NCBI GenBank assembly: GCA_965116495.1
Contig: OZ220696.1
Location: 704,001-768,000 of the forward strand
Direction of reading: 5' to 3'
Source of the DNA: Gammaproteobacteria bacterium
Lineage (GTDB): Bacteria > Pseudomonadota > Gammaproteobacteria > Eutrophobiales > Eutrophobiaceae
Length of the DNA: 64,000 nucleotides
Shown in pieces: positions 38,420 to 48,322 of the stretch. The position numbers and the translations under genes are program-made. Within the stretch, counting starts at the first letter, position 1. Each line of letters opens with the position of its first letter. The notes under the pieces were generated by a model. It did not search any database. It was not told the origin of the DNA and saw only the letters and a list, made by a program, of their open reading frames with translations.

Positions 38420-39181
38420 TCAGCCGGAGTATTTATCCCACATTCCCAGCGATCTGCGGCAGGATTTGGTCAGGTAGAGCGCGTCGGTCCCCAGCGCGAA
38501 GAACCGGGCATCCTGTTCCTTCCAGTAGGCCAGGTATTCCTCCTGCAAGGTCAGGATGCCGAAGTGTACCGAGTTCTTCCGGCACACAGACAACGCCCGC
38601 TTGCCGATCTCGCGGATGCGCGGGTGGTGCATTTCCCCCGGTATCCCAAGGACCTGTGACAGGTCGCCCGGTCCGATAAAGATGAGGTCTACACCAGGGA
38701 CGGCAGCGATGTCATCGATACAATCCACCGCTTCCATGGTTTCAACCTGGATCATTACCATGATCTCGCTATTGGCCGCAGCGGCATAATCGAGCATGTT
38801 TGCGCCGTAACCGCTGGCCCGGCCGGGCCCCAGTCCGCGTATCCCGTCAGGTGGATAGCGGCACAGCGAGACTGCCAGTTCAACATCCTCAACTGAGCGT
38901 ATGCGCGGGAACAGGATACCTTCGGCGCCGCCGTCCAGGGCCCACTGCACGTGGGACGCGCTGGTCTCGGAGAGCCGGACCAGGGGGGCCGCGCGGCCCT
39001 TGTCGATAGCGCGCAGCATTTCCAGCACGCCGTCCGGACCGATATTTGAATGTTCGGCATCCACCAGCAGGAAATCAAACCCGGATTGAGACATCAATTC
39101 CGCGGCATCGGGCGACCGCAGGCCGAGGAATGCCCCGGCAACGGCCTGGCCCGCTTCGAGTTTGCTCCTGAGGCTCATCAA
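38420..39181 (-). CDS. HpcH/HpaI aldolase family protein
   Basis: GFDFLLVDAEH, LDGGAEG, YPPDGIRG, QVET and FIGPGDLS. Confidence 0.9.
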   Translation of the reverse strand: MMSLRSKLEAGQAVAGAFLGLRSPDAAELMSQSGFDFLLVDAEHSNIGPDGVLEMLRAIDKGRAAPLVRLSETSASHVQWALDGGAEGILFPRIRSVEDVELAVSLCRYPPDGIRGLGPGRASGYGANMLDYAAAANSEIMVMIQVETMEAVDCIDDIAAVPGVDLIFIGPGDLSQVLGIPGEMHHPRIREIGKRALSVCRKNSVHFGILTLQEEYLAYWKEQDARFFALGTDALYLTKSCRRSLGMWDKYSG

Positions 39182-40038
39182 CTTCCTTGTACGATGCTGT
39201 TCAGGCCCCGCTTGACCAGGGCTTCAACCATCTGCCGGCGGTAGGCACCGGTCGCGCGGAAGTCGTCAATAGGCCGGGATTCCCGGGCTGCCGCTGCGGC
39301 AGCGGCGGCAATCGTGGCCGCGTTCAGGGGTTCTCCCCGGAGCAGGGTTTCCGCTCCGGGGGTGCGCATGGCAACCGGCGCTACCGCGCCCAGGGCGATG
39401 CGGGCCCGCGCCACTCTGCCCCGGTTGAGACTGACCGTCATGGCAACGCTGACTATGGAAATTGCATCTGCTTTGCGCTTGCCGAGTTTGTAGTAGAACC
39501 AGTGTTCGTCATCATCCGGCCTGGTGAACTCAATGCCCGTTACCAGTTCATTGGAGCGCCGTGCGGTTTTGCGGACACCCCTGAAGAACTCCGGCAACGG
39601 TATGGATCTTGGACCGTCCGAAGCGCTTTCCAGGTGAACGACCGCGTCAAGCGCGAGCAGGGGAGGCGACACGTCGGCGGCCGCAGACGCATCGCAGATA
39701 TTTCCGCCGACCGTGGCCAGGTTGCGGATGAGCGGGCCGGCAAAGGCAACGCACATGGGTTGCATGAGTCCTTCAAGCGCCCCTCCCGGTTGCCATTCCA
39801 GCAGACGGGCAAAGGTCACGCCTGCTCCCAGACGAATGGAGCCATTGCTGTCCGAAATAGATGTCAGGGCTTCAAGCCGGGTCAGGTCAACGACCAGGTC
39901 GGCTTCCAATGGTGCGCGTTTCATGTTCACCAGAACATTGGTGCCGCCGGCCAGCGGCAGGACACAATCATTTTCCGCCAGCGCTTTAAGAGCCTCGGGA
40001 ATGTCACGCGGTTGCGTGAACTCAAAATCGTTGATCAT
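39178..40038 (-). CDS. CoxM-type FAD-binding subunit
   Basis: LAGGTN, IRNLATVGGNIC and PIDDFRAT..YRR. Confidence 0.9.
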   Translation of the reverse strand: MINDFEFTQPRDIPEALKALAENDCVLPLAGGTNVLVNMKRAPLEADLVVDLTRLEALTSISDSNGSIRLGAGVTFARLLEWQPGGALEGLMQPMCVAFAGPLIRNLATVGGNICDASAAADVSPPLLALDAVVHLESASDGPRSIPLPEFFRGVRKTARRSNELVTGIEFTRPDDDEHWFYYKLGKRKADAISIVSVAMTVSLNRGRVARARIALGAVAPVAMRTPGAETLLRGEPLNAATIAAAAAAAARESRPIDDFRATGAYRRQMVEALVKRGLNSIVQGS

Positions 40039-42791
40039 GACTTTCCGGTTGCTATGAGCGCCGACACCTGTTCCGGGGTCAGGGGCAGACGCTGCACATC
40101 CACGTCCAAGGCATCCGCCAGTGCGTTGGCAAGGGCGCCCGTGGGAGGCGCAATGGGAGGTTCGCCAACGCCTTTGACTCCGATCGGACCCTCAGTCGCG
40201 GGTTGCTCCACCAGTATGGTCTGCATCGGCGGCATGTCTTCAGCGGTCAGCAGCAGGTAGTCGGCGAAGGTCGGGTTCAGGACCTTTCCATTGACTTCAC
40301 GCAACTCTTCCATCATGGCCAGGCCGAGACCCATGGCAACACCGCCTTCGACCTGTCCTTCACAGCCCGTGGGGTTGACCGCTTTGCCGACGTCATGGGC
40401 TGCAGCATAACGCGTCACGGTAAGTTCACCGGTCGTGTCATCCACGTTCAATTCCAGCGCGTGGGCGCAGAAACTCGGTGCCGGGAAACCGCCGATGGGA
40501 TGCGGCCTCGTTGTTGGCGGCGCATCGTCCAGGACGGACGAGACACCAATCATCGGCCCGCCGTGTTTCTTGTGCCGGTCGTAACAGATACTGGATAACG
40601 CTACCGAGTTTGTCCGGTCACCACGGACGAAGACCTGTCCGTCCTCGAGCACCATATCGTCCACCGAAGCCTCAAGCCGCATTGCAGCTTCTTCCAGCAA
40701 TTGCCGCTTCAGGTCCTGCGCTGCCTCCTGGGCCGAACGCCCGATGGTGAACGTCATGCGGCTGCCGCCATGACCATGGTCCCAGGGCAGGGTGTCGGTA
40801 TCCCCGCGCACCAGCTGGATCGATTCGACCGGAACGCCAAGGCCTGCTGCCGCCATCTGCAGCACACTTGAAGTTAATCCGCCGGTGCCCATATCGACAC
40901 AGCCGGAAATGAGCCGGAAGGTGGCGTCTTCATTGGTTTCGATCAGTGTCTGGGTGCCCCAGGTGCCGCTCACCCACCAGTTACAGGCCAGGCCCTTGCC
41001 GGTGCCTGCAGGGCGTGGTTTATCCCATTCCACCGCGTCTGCCGCTTTTTGCAGGCATTCCTTGATGCTGACCGCGTCCAGCGGTTGTCCGGTAATGGTC
41101 GTATCGCCGTTTTCCCATGCATTCTTCAGGCGGAACGCCAGGCCGTCCATGCCGACTGCGCGCGCGACCTTGTCCATGTGGGTCTCCACTGCAAACGCCA
41201 TCTGCGGTCCCGACGGGCAACGGATGGAGCCGTTGGGTACGTTATTGGTATAGGTGACCAGGCCGGTAATGTCCAGGTTGGGGATACGGTAGGGGCCGCC
41301 GGCCATCAGGCTTCCCAGGGCTGCCGTGTTGGGTCCGTACGGCCCGTAAGCGCCGGTGTTGAACAGCATCCGCACCTGCTGGGCGACCAGGGTGCCGTCT
41401 TCCTTGACGCCGGTCCTGATGTTAACCTTTGACGGGTGGCGCAACAGTTCTGCCGATGCCATCTCTTCTTCCCGGGTCAGGGTCATCTGCACCGGCAGCC
41501 CAGATCGTTCGGCCAGCAACACCGCGTAGGGCTCAAGAACGGGATACAACTTGCCGCCGAAACCGCCGCCTATATGGGTGGGTACAACCTTGAAAGTGCT
41601 GATGGGCCGTTTCAGCGCCTTGGACAGGTAACTGCGCACGCCGAAGGGTTTTTGTGTCGTGGTCCATACCGTTATGCGGCCCGAGGTATCGGTCATGGCC
41701 GTTGCACTGTGCGGCTCGATAGCGCCGGCATGGGCTTCCGGCGTGCGGTAGGTTCCTTCAACTACCCGGTGCGCTTCTGAAAATCCCCGTTCCGCGTCAC
41801 CCACTGCGAATTCGAGTTTGTAGCACAGGTTACCCGTGCGTTCCGATTCCCAGTCCAACCGGTAAGCGTTCGGATCGTCATGTACCAGCGGGGCGCCCGG
41901 CAGGAGGGCCTGCTCGGGATCGAAGATCCCCGGCAGTTCCTCGTACTCGACCTTCACCAGCGAAGCCGCTTCCCGGGCGATATCGGGGGTCACGGCCGCG
42001 ACTGCGGCAACAGGCTCTCCCAGGTAGCGTACTTTGTCCAGGGCGAACACCCGGTGGTCGTGCAGTTCATAACCGTAGTAACCCATCTCAACGTCACTCC
42101 CCGTAACCACCGCCCTGACCCCGGGCAGGCTCATCGCCTCGGATGTGTCGATAGACAGGATCTTCGCGTGTGCCTGCGTGCTGCGCACCAGCGCGCCATG
42201 GATCATGCGCGGCAACCGTATGTCTTCGGCGTAGATGGCGTACCCGGTTACTTTTTCCACGGCATCCGTGCGCACCATGCGCGCGCCGATCGAGTCGTCT
42301 CCGGTGTCAGCGATCTGCGCATGGATGCTCCCGTTGCCCAACGTTGCTGCGGCATCAAATATCTTGCTGTAGCCGGTGCATCGGCACAGGTTGCTGGAGA
42401 TGGCGACTCGCACTGCCTCCTCGTCCGGATGGGGGTTCTGGTCAAACAGGCTTTTCAGTGACAGCACCATGCCCGGGGTACAAAATCCACACTGGATGCC
42501 GCCGCTCCGGACCATGGCCTGTTGCACCGGGTCCAGCACCCCCGGCTTGCCCAGCCCCTCGATGGTGGTCACTTCCCGTCCTTCGGTCTGTAACGCTAGC
42601 AGCATGCACGAGTTGACGGCTTTTCCGTCCAGGAGCACCGTGCAACTGCCGCAATCCCCGGTACCGCAGCCTTCTTTCGTGCCGGTCAGACCCAGATCAA
42701 CGCGCAGGGCATCGAGCAGGCGGGTGCGCGGGGTGATATCAATCGTTTCCTGCCGGTCGTTGACGGTAAAATTTAATGTCTGTTTTTTCAT
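40035..42791 (-). CDS. Xanthine dehydrogenase family protein with fused 2Fe-2S and molybdopterin domains
   Basis: GCGTGDCGSC, QCGFCTPG and LCRCTGY, followed by GGGFGGK, EGQVEGG and GVGE. Confidence 0.9.
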   Translation of the reverse strand: MKKQTLNFTVNDRQETIDITPRTRLLDALRVDLGLTGTKEGCGTGDCGSCTVLLDGKAVNSCMLLALQTEGREVTTIEGLGKPGVLDPVQQAMVRSGGIQCGFCTPGMVLSLKSLFDQNPHPDEEAVRVAISSNLCRCTGYSKIFDAAATLGNGSIHAQIADTGDDSIGARMVRTDAVEKVTGYAIYAEDIRLPRMIHGALVRSTQAHAKILSIDTSEAMSLPGVRAVVTGSDVEMGYYGYELHDHRVFALDKVRYLGEPVAAVAAVTPDIAREAASLVKVEYEELPGIFDPEQALLPGAPLVHDDPNAYRLDWESERTGNLCYKLEFAVGDAERGFSEAHRVVEGTYRTPEAHAGAIEPHSATAMTDTSGRITVWTTTQKPFGVRSYLSKALKRPISTFKVVPTHIGGGFGGKLYPVLEPYAVLLAERSGLPVQMTLTREEEMASAELLRHPSKVNIRTGVKEDGTLVAQQVRMLFNTGAYGPYGPNTAALGSLMAGGPYRIPNLDITGLVTYTNNVPNGSIRCPSGPQMAFAVETHMDKVARAVGMDGLAFRLKNAWENGDTTITGQPLDAVSIKECLQKAADAVEWDKPRPAGTGKGLACNWWVSGTWGTQTLIETNEDATFRLISGCVDMGTGGLTSSVLQMAAAGLGVPVESIQLVRGDTDTLPWDHGHGGSRMTFTIGRSAQEAAQDLKRQLLEEAAMRLEASVDDMVLEDGQVFVRGDRTNSVALSSICYDRHKKHGGPMIGVSSVLDDAPPTTRPHPIGGFPAPSFCAHALELNVDDTTGELTVTRYAAAHDVGKAVNPTGCEGQVEGGVAMGLGLAMMEELREVNGKVLNPTFADYLLLTAEDMPPMQTILVEQPATEGPIGVKGVGEPPIAPPTGALANALADALDVDVQRLPLTPEQVSALIATGKS

Positions 42792-42862
42792 TTCCCGGAT
42801 TATCCGTTAAGTCATCAGCCCTGTTATGGACGCTACCGTTATATGACCGAGCAGGTTTGCAG

Positions 42863-43750
42863 TCAAGGCAGAAACGCGCGTACGGCATCCAGCACCAGGG
42901 GCCAGGTGGAAGTACCCGGGGTGATCATCTCGAAGTGTCCGGATTCGGGCGCCATCACGCGTGTTATTTCAGTATCACCGATGGACCTCGCGGCCGTCGC
43001 GTACGCCTCGCCGAAAGGCGTCCATACCGTATCATGCACCCCCATCAACAGGATCTGGGAGACGCCGATGGGCGCCATGCGCGCTGGCTCGACATAGGCA
43101 TAGCGGTCGGGACGCTCTGCCGGCGACCCGTCCATGAGTCTGTCGATCACGTTATCGCAGCTCCCCTGCTGGTGAAGTTGCGTGAGAGCTGCAGCCGGCG
43201 CCAGCGCCACGACCCCGGCCAGGGGCAGCGGATCAGGTTGGTGGAGATCATGGTCTGCGGGTATCTTCGAACGGGCGCCCGTCCAGAGCGCCAGGTGCCC
43301 ACCGGCTGAATGACCCATTACGATGACCCGGTCCAGGTCCAGGGGATAATCTGCTGCCAGGTTTCTCACATAATCGGTGCCCGAAGCGATATCGAGCAGG
43401 GTGCCGGGATAAGACCCTCCCGGATCGCCGACCCGGCGGTATTCAAGGTTCCATACCGCCAGGCCTTGCTCCTGCAGCGCCCGGGCTAGGGGGCGGGTCG
43501 TGGTGATATCGTACTCGGCCAGCCAGCAACCGCCGTGAATGAAGACGACGACCGGGAAAGGCCCCTCACCTTCAGGCACGCGCAGTTCGCCGAATTGCAG
43601 GGGGTCGCTGCCATAGGCAATCTTTATCCCCGGCTGACCGGATGACAGTTCCGCCAGCAGGTCGTCCACCGTCATTATGTCCGGTTCTGCACCAAGCAGT
43701 CCCGAGAACAGCCACAGGCTCAACGCGCCGATTATGTATTTCTTGTTCAT
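42863..43750 (-). CDS. Secreted alpha/beta hydrolase (HSL/kynurenine formamidase-like)
   Basis: HGGCW, GHSAGG and GHFE motifs; signal peptide. Confidence 0.85.
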   Translation of the reverse strand: MNKKYIIGALSLWLFSGLLGAEPDIMTVDDLLAELSSGQPGIKIAYGSDPLQFGELRVPEGEGPFPVVVFIHGGCWLAEYDITTTRPLARALQEQGLAVWNLEYRRVGDPGGSYPGTLLDIASGTDYVRNLAADYPLDLDRVIVMGHSAGGHLALWTGARSKIPADHDLHQPDPLPLAGVVALAPAAALTQLHQQGSCDNVIDRLMDGSPAERPDRYAYVEPARMAPIGVSQILLMGVHDTVWTPFGEAYATAARSIGDTEITRVMAPESGHFEMITPGTSTWPLVLDAVRAFLP

Positions 43751-43885
43751 TTCTTGCTCCCCTTGAATTTCACGCTGTGATAGAACATGCCATGTTGCCG
43801 GTTGAACGGCCATGTGCCGACACACTATGTTTTATTCCTTCCATCATATATCATTCGACCTGATATTGTCTTGAAAGTGGAGAAT

Positions 43886-45091
43886 ATGCCGACACAAACC
43901 GTTGCTGCAAATGAGACTCTGACCGCTGAACAAATCAAGGTGCGGGCAGAGTCGATCAGAGAGGACCTGAAAAAGTATGCGGACCAGGCCGAAGCTGACC
44001 GGCGCCTGTGCAGGGAGAGTGTGGAACTGATCAGAACCAACGGACTGTTGCGCACCGTCCAACCAGGATCCTGCGGGGGTCACGAATTACCTTTCCGTTC
44101 CTATATCGACGTGTTGGCGGCAGTGGGTGAGGGGTGCGGTGCAACGGCCTGGGTGCTGGGGGTATGGCATGCACATAGCTGGCTTATGGGCCATTTCCCC
44201 GAACAGGCACAACAGGACGTTTACGGAGACAATCCCGATACGTTTGTTTCAGCCGTCATCGGGCCCCGCGGCAGGGCGGTGAAACAAGGTGATGGTTCCT
44301 ATGTGCTGAACGGATTCTGGCCATTCGGCTCGGGTTGCGAGCATTCACAGTGGCTGATCCTGGGAGCGGAAATATTTGACGGCTCCGGCGAGAAGATTGA
44401 TGAAGCCGACCTGTTGATGCCGACCGGCGACATCGACATCCAGGATGACTGGTATGTCGCAGGGTTGCAGGGAACCGGCAGTAATTCCCTGGTTGCCAGG
44501 GATGTTAAAGTCCCGGGACATCGTTATCTTTCCTTGCCGCAATTGATTGAACGGGAAGCGCCGGCTTACAAGGCCGAGGACACCGGCTGGGTCACCTTGT
44601 CGCAGGCCGTACCGGTACTGGCTATTTGCCTTGTGGGCGGCGCCCTCGGGGTTGCACGGGCCGCGCTGAAGGAGTTCAGAAAAACCGTACCCGGGAAAAG
44701 GGTGGCGTATACGGCCCATATCGCCGATGATTGGATCCCCGTACAAGTCGCGCTGGGTTCGGCCGCGGCAGAAATACATGCGGCTGAGCTGGTCATGTAC
44801 AAAATGGCCGATGACATTGATCACTATGCAAAGCTGAACGAGGCGATGCCCATGGAGATGCGCGGACGCATCCGCACGGATTGTTGCCTGTCGGTAAAGA
44901 TGCTGCTCGATGCGGTGGACAAGTTGTACCTGTACGCAGGGGCATCCGCGCTTTCAGTCAAAAGCACATTGCAAAGAGCCTCGCGGGATTTGCATGCAAC
45001 CAATATGCACGCCCTGCTGATGTACGATGCCAGCGCCGAGATTTATGGGCGAATACTGTTGGGCAAAGACTCAAACTCACCGATAATATAA
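43886..45091 (+). CDS. Acyl-CoA dehydrogenase-fold flavin-dependent monooxygenase (HsaA-like, group D)
   Basis: CGATAW, WPFGSGCEH, DDWYVAGLQGTGS and LQRASRDLH. Confidence 0.8.
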   Translation: MPTQTVAANETLTAEQIKVRAESIREDLKKYADQAEADRRLCRESVELIRTNGLLRTVQPGSCGGHELPFRSYIDVLAAVGEGCGATAWVLGVWHAHSWLMGHFPEQAQQDVYGDNPDTFVSAVIGPRGRAVKQGDGSYVLNGFWPFGSGCEHSQWLILGAEIFDGSGEKIDEADLLMPTGDIDIQDDWYVAGLQGTGSNSLVARDVKVPGHRYLSLPQLIEREAPAYKAEDTGWVTLSQAVPVLAICLVGGALGVARAALKEFRKTVPGKRVAYTAHIADDWIPVQVALGSAAAEIHAAELVMYKMADDIDHYAKLNEAMPMEMRGRIRTDCCLSVKMLLDAVDKLYLYAGASALSVKSTLQRASRDLHATNMHALLMYDASAEIYGRILLGKDSNSPII

Positions 45092-45110
45092 CTGACCGCC
45101 AGGAGACAGA

Positions 45111-45917
45111 ATGCTGAAACTCTACCATAACGATATGTCAACCTGTTCCCAGAAGGTGCGTTTCCTGCTGGCAGAAAAAGGAGTCGAATGGGAAGGCGTG
45201 GAACTTGACCTGCGGCGCGGGGATCAGTTACAGCCCGAATTCCTCAAATTCAACCCGAAAGGACTGGTGCCGGTGTTGATCCATGACGGGCATATCGTGA
45301 CTGAATCAAACATAATCCTTGAATATCTCAACGATGTATATACCGACCCACTGTTGCTGCCGGCAGATCCGGCCGGTCGCGCCAAAACCCGCTGGTGGAT
45401 GAAAAAACTTGACGACGGCATTCACCTGGAAGTGGTCGTACTGAGTTTTGCCGTTGCCTTTCGTCACCAGTTAATCAAGGCCTGCGGATCAGATGAAGCA
45501 CTGGAAAAACACTTTGCAGGTATCCGCGACCCGTATATCCAGGAGGTACAGCGCCAGGTGGTGCCGGAAGGAACAGAGGCGCCGCGCTTTGCACAATCCA
45601 TCCGGCAATTCGAGAAGTTGCTGTCCGATATGAATGAAGCGCTGGGGGCGCACCCGTGGCTGGTCGGGGATAGCCTGACATTGGCCGATATAGCTTATTC
45701 CCCTTACGCTACCCGCCTGGACCATTTAGGCCTCCACGGGATGTGGGATGATAAGCCCCATTTTGCCCGCTGGTATGAGCGGCTGGCGCAGACCAGGGGC
45801 TACCGGGAAGGTCTGACTGACTGGTTTAGCCAAAAATACCTGCCGTTGATGGAGCAGGCCGGCGCGCAGGCGTGGCCGCGAGTAGCTGAGATCAGAGGTG
45901 GGATACGTGATGCCTGA
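45111..45917 (+). CDS. Glutathione S-transferase family protein
   Basis: STCSQKVR, NPKGLVP, TESNII and LTLADI. Confidence 0.88.
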   Translation: MLKLYHNDMSTCSQKVRFLLAEKGVEWEGVELDLRRGDQLQPEFLKFNPKGLVPVLIHDGHIVTESNIILEYLNDVYTDPLLLPADPAGRAKTRWWMKKLDDGIHLEVVVLSFAVAFRHQLIKACGSDEALEKHFAGIRDPYIQEVQRQVVPEGTEAPRFAQSIRQFEKLLSDMNEALGAHPWLVGDSLTLADIAYSPYATRLDHLGLHGMWDDKPHFARWYERLAQTRGYREGLTDWFSQKYLPLMEQAGAQAWPRVAEIRGGIRDA

Positions 45918-46010
45918 AACAATCCGGTCAGAAACGCTATTATTACTTACAGTGGAGAGCGATTAACTATTAATACCCTGAACACAGTTTCCCCGAACGG
46001 CCCGCGGGCC

Positions 46011-47081
46011 GTGCTTGTCCATATCAATTTTCAAAACCCGCGTTACAATGAAGAACTGCATGAATTTGTGCGGCTCACCGTATCGTCCGGCCTGGTTCCT
46101 GCAGAGACCATCACCGGCAGCCGGGCAAAACCCCATGCCAAATTATTCATCGGTTCAGGCAAAATGGAGGAAATCAGGCAATCTGCCCGGGACCACGATG
46201 CGGATGTTGTGATCTTCAACCATGGCCTGTCGCCGGCGCAGGAGCGCAACCTGGAGCGGGAAATAAACTGCCGGGTTGTTGACCGGGTCGGATTGATTCT
46301 CGATATTTTCTCCCAGCGGGCCAGGACCTACGAGGGCAAGCTGCAGGTTGAATTGGCGCAGTTGCAACATTTGTCCACGCGGCTGGTTCGGGGCTGGTCG
46401 CACCTGGAAAGACAAAAAGGCGGTATTGGCCTCAGGGGTCCCGGCGAAACGCAGTTGGAGACTGACAGGCGTTTGATCGGTAAACGGATTAAAACAATTC
46501 GCGGCCGTCTCGAGAAAGTGAAAAGCCGTAGAGAGCAGGGCAGGAGATTACGCCGGCGTAATAACGCAGCTGTCATCTCGCTGGTAGGGTATACCAACGC
46601 AGGCAAGTCCACCTTGTTTAATCGTTTGACCGGCGCCGACGTATATTGCGCCGACAAATTGTTCGCCACCCTGGACCCGACTATCCGCAAAGCCCGTCTG
46701 GCTGATGATTTATCGGTGCTTTTCAGCGACACGGTCGGTTTTATCCGGCATATCCCCCACGACCTGGTAGAGTCTTTCCATGCTACCCTGGATGAAATCA
46801 GAAGCGCTGATTTATTATTGCACGTCGTTGACATCAATGATGACCAGCAGATGCGCATCGAGGAAGTGAACAAGGTGATAGACGAGTTGGGGGCCACGGC
46901 TATTCCACAGATCCTTGTCTTCAATAAAATCGACCAGGCCGGGATTGCCCCGGGGAATGGTGATCTGCGGACGACCGCGAGCAGTAGAATCAATGGCGCC
47001 AGTGCACGCGCCTGGGTTTCAGCCCGGACCGGAGACGGACTGGTGGAGTTGAAGCAACTAATATGCAGGGAACTCGGGTGA
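46011..47081 (+). CDS. hflX: GTPase HflX (start uncertain; C-terminally short)
   Basis: GIGLRGPGETQLETDRR, GYTNAGKS, LFATLD, DTVGF and NKID. Confidence 0.93.
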   Translation: MLVHINFQNPRYNEELHEFVRLTVSSGLVPAETITGSRAKPHAKLFIGSGKMEEIRQSARDHDADVVIFNHGLSPAQERNLEREINCRVVDRVGLILDIFSQRARTYEGKLQVELAQLQHLSTRLVRGWSHLERQKGGIGLRGPGETQLETDRRLIGKRIKTIRGRLEKVKSRREQGRRLRRRNNAAVISLVGYTNAGKSTLFNRLTGADVYCADKLFATLDPTIRKARLADDLSVLFSDTVGFIRHIPHDLVESFHATLDEIRSADLLLHVVDINDDQQMRIEEVNKVIDELGATAIPQILVFNKIDQAGIAPGNGDLRTTASSRINGASARAWVSARTGDGLVELKQLICRELG

Positions 47082-47177
47082 CCCGGCTTGACCCTTTTTC
47101 CATACGGGCGCAGCGACATTGTGATAAACTTCTCGACAGGTGTGGTTAACTGGAAATGAATATACGAGGTGAAGTAA

Positions 47178-48320
47178 ATGGGTTGGAATGAACCGCCGGA
47201 AAATAAAGGTCAGGACCCCTGGGGCAACCGGGGCAGGGGAGAAGGTCCGCCTGACCTGGATGACATCGTTCGTAAGATGCAGGAGGGCTTTGGCGGGATA
47301 TTCGGCAAAAAGCCGTCAGGCCCCAAAAAAGAACGCAAGGGGTTTCCTTTCTCATGGCTTGTCGTAGTCATAGTCCTGGTCATGTTGCTGCTGGTAGACA
47401 TCACCTACCTCATCGATCAACAGGAACGGGGTGTCGTCATGCGCTTCGGGCGCTACGAGAGGATCCTGCAGCCGGGTCTGAATTTTGTCTATCCCAGCCT
47501 TATCGACAAGGTGGTAACCGTTAACGTCGGCCAGGTACGTTCCATTACCCACAAGGCATCCATGTTGACCCAGGATGAAAATATTGTTGACGTTGAAGTT
47601 GCGGTACAGTGGCGGATTAACGATCCGGCTGATTTTATCTTCAACGTGAAAGATCCGGCGTTGACACTGAGACAGGTAACGGAAAGCGCCGTGCGCGCGA
47701 TTATAGGGCAGAGTGAGCTGGATTATGTCCTCACTGAAGGTCGTAGTGAGATCGCGCATCAACAACAGGAGTTGATGCAGGAAATACTGATCGACGATTA
47801 CCGCTCGGGTATCTTTATCGTCACCATTGAAATGCAGCCGGCAAAACCGCCCGAGGACGTCAAGGCCGCGTTTGATGACGCCATCAAGGCCAGGGAGGAT
47901 GAGCAACGCGTGGTCAACGAGGCGGAGGCCTACCGGAATGACATCCTGCCGCGCGCCCGCGGCGGCGCCGCACGGGTCAGGGAAGAGGCTAATGCTTATA
48001 AAGCTTCAGTCATAGCAAAATCAGAGGGCGATGCAGCGCGCTTTAATCAATTACTGGCGGAATATGAACGCGCGCCGGAAATCACCCGTAAACGCCTGTA
48101 CCTGGAATCCATAGAATCAGTCCTGTCCGGAACCAATAAAGTGTTGCTCGACGCAGAGGGCGGCAATAACCTGATGTACCTGCCATTGGACAGGTTGATG
48201 AGATCCCGAAACACATCGTCAGGGGATTTGTCCCGGGATTTGAACTCTGATACGTCCGGTTCCCAGTCCGTAAATGACATGTCTGAGCGGTTGGTTAACA
48301 GAACACGAGGTAATAGATAA
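47178..48320 (+). CDS. hflK: FtsH modulator HflK
   Basis: MGWNEP, GPPDLD, MLTQDENIV and AFDDAIKARED. Confidence 0.95.
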   Translation: MGWNEPPENKGQDPWGNRGRGEGPPDLDDIVRKMQEGFGGIFGKKPSGPKKERKGFPFSWLVVVIVLVMLLLVDITYLIDQQERGVVMRFGRYERILQPGLNFVYPSLIDKVVTVNVGQVRSITHKASMLTQDENIVDVEVAVQWRINDPADFIFNVKDPALTLRQVTESAVRAIIGQSELDYVLTEGRSEIAHQQQELMQEILIDDYRSGIFIVTIEMQPAKPPEDVKAAFDDAIKAREDEQRVVNEAEAYRNDILPRARGGAARVREEANAYKASVIAKSEGDAARFNQLLAEYERAPEITRKRLYLESIESVLSGTNKVLLDAEGGNNLMYLPLDRLMRSRNTSSGDLSRDLNSDTSGSQSVNDMSERLVNRTRGNR

Positions 48321-48322
48321 TC

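Noticed and set aside
39187-40260. Long antisense or alternate-frame ORFs (this one, 10440..11294, 46328..47119, 52728..53786, 62656..63450 and others)
   Set aside because: They shadow well-supported genes on the opposite strand and lack motifs, as expected in GC-rich coding DNA.
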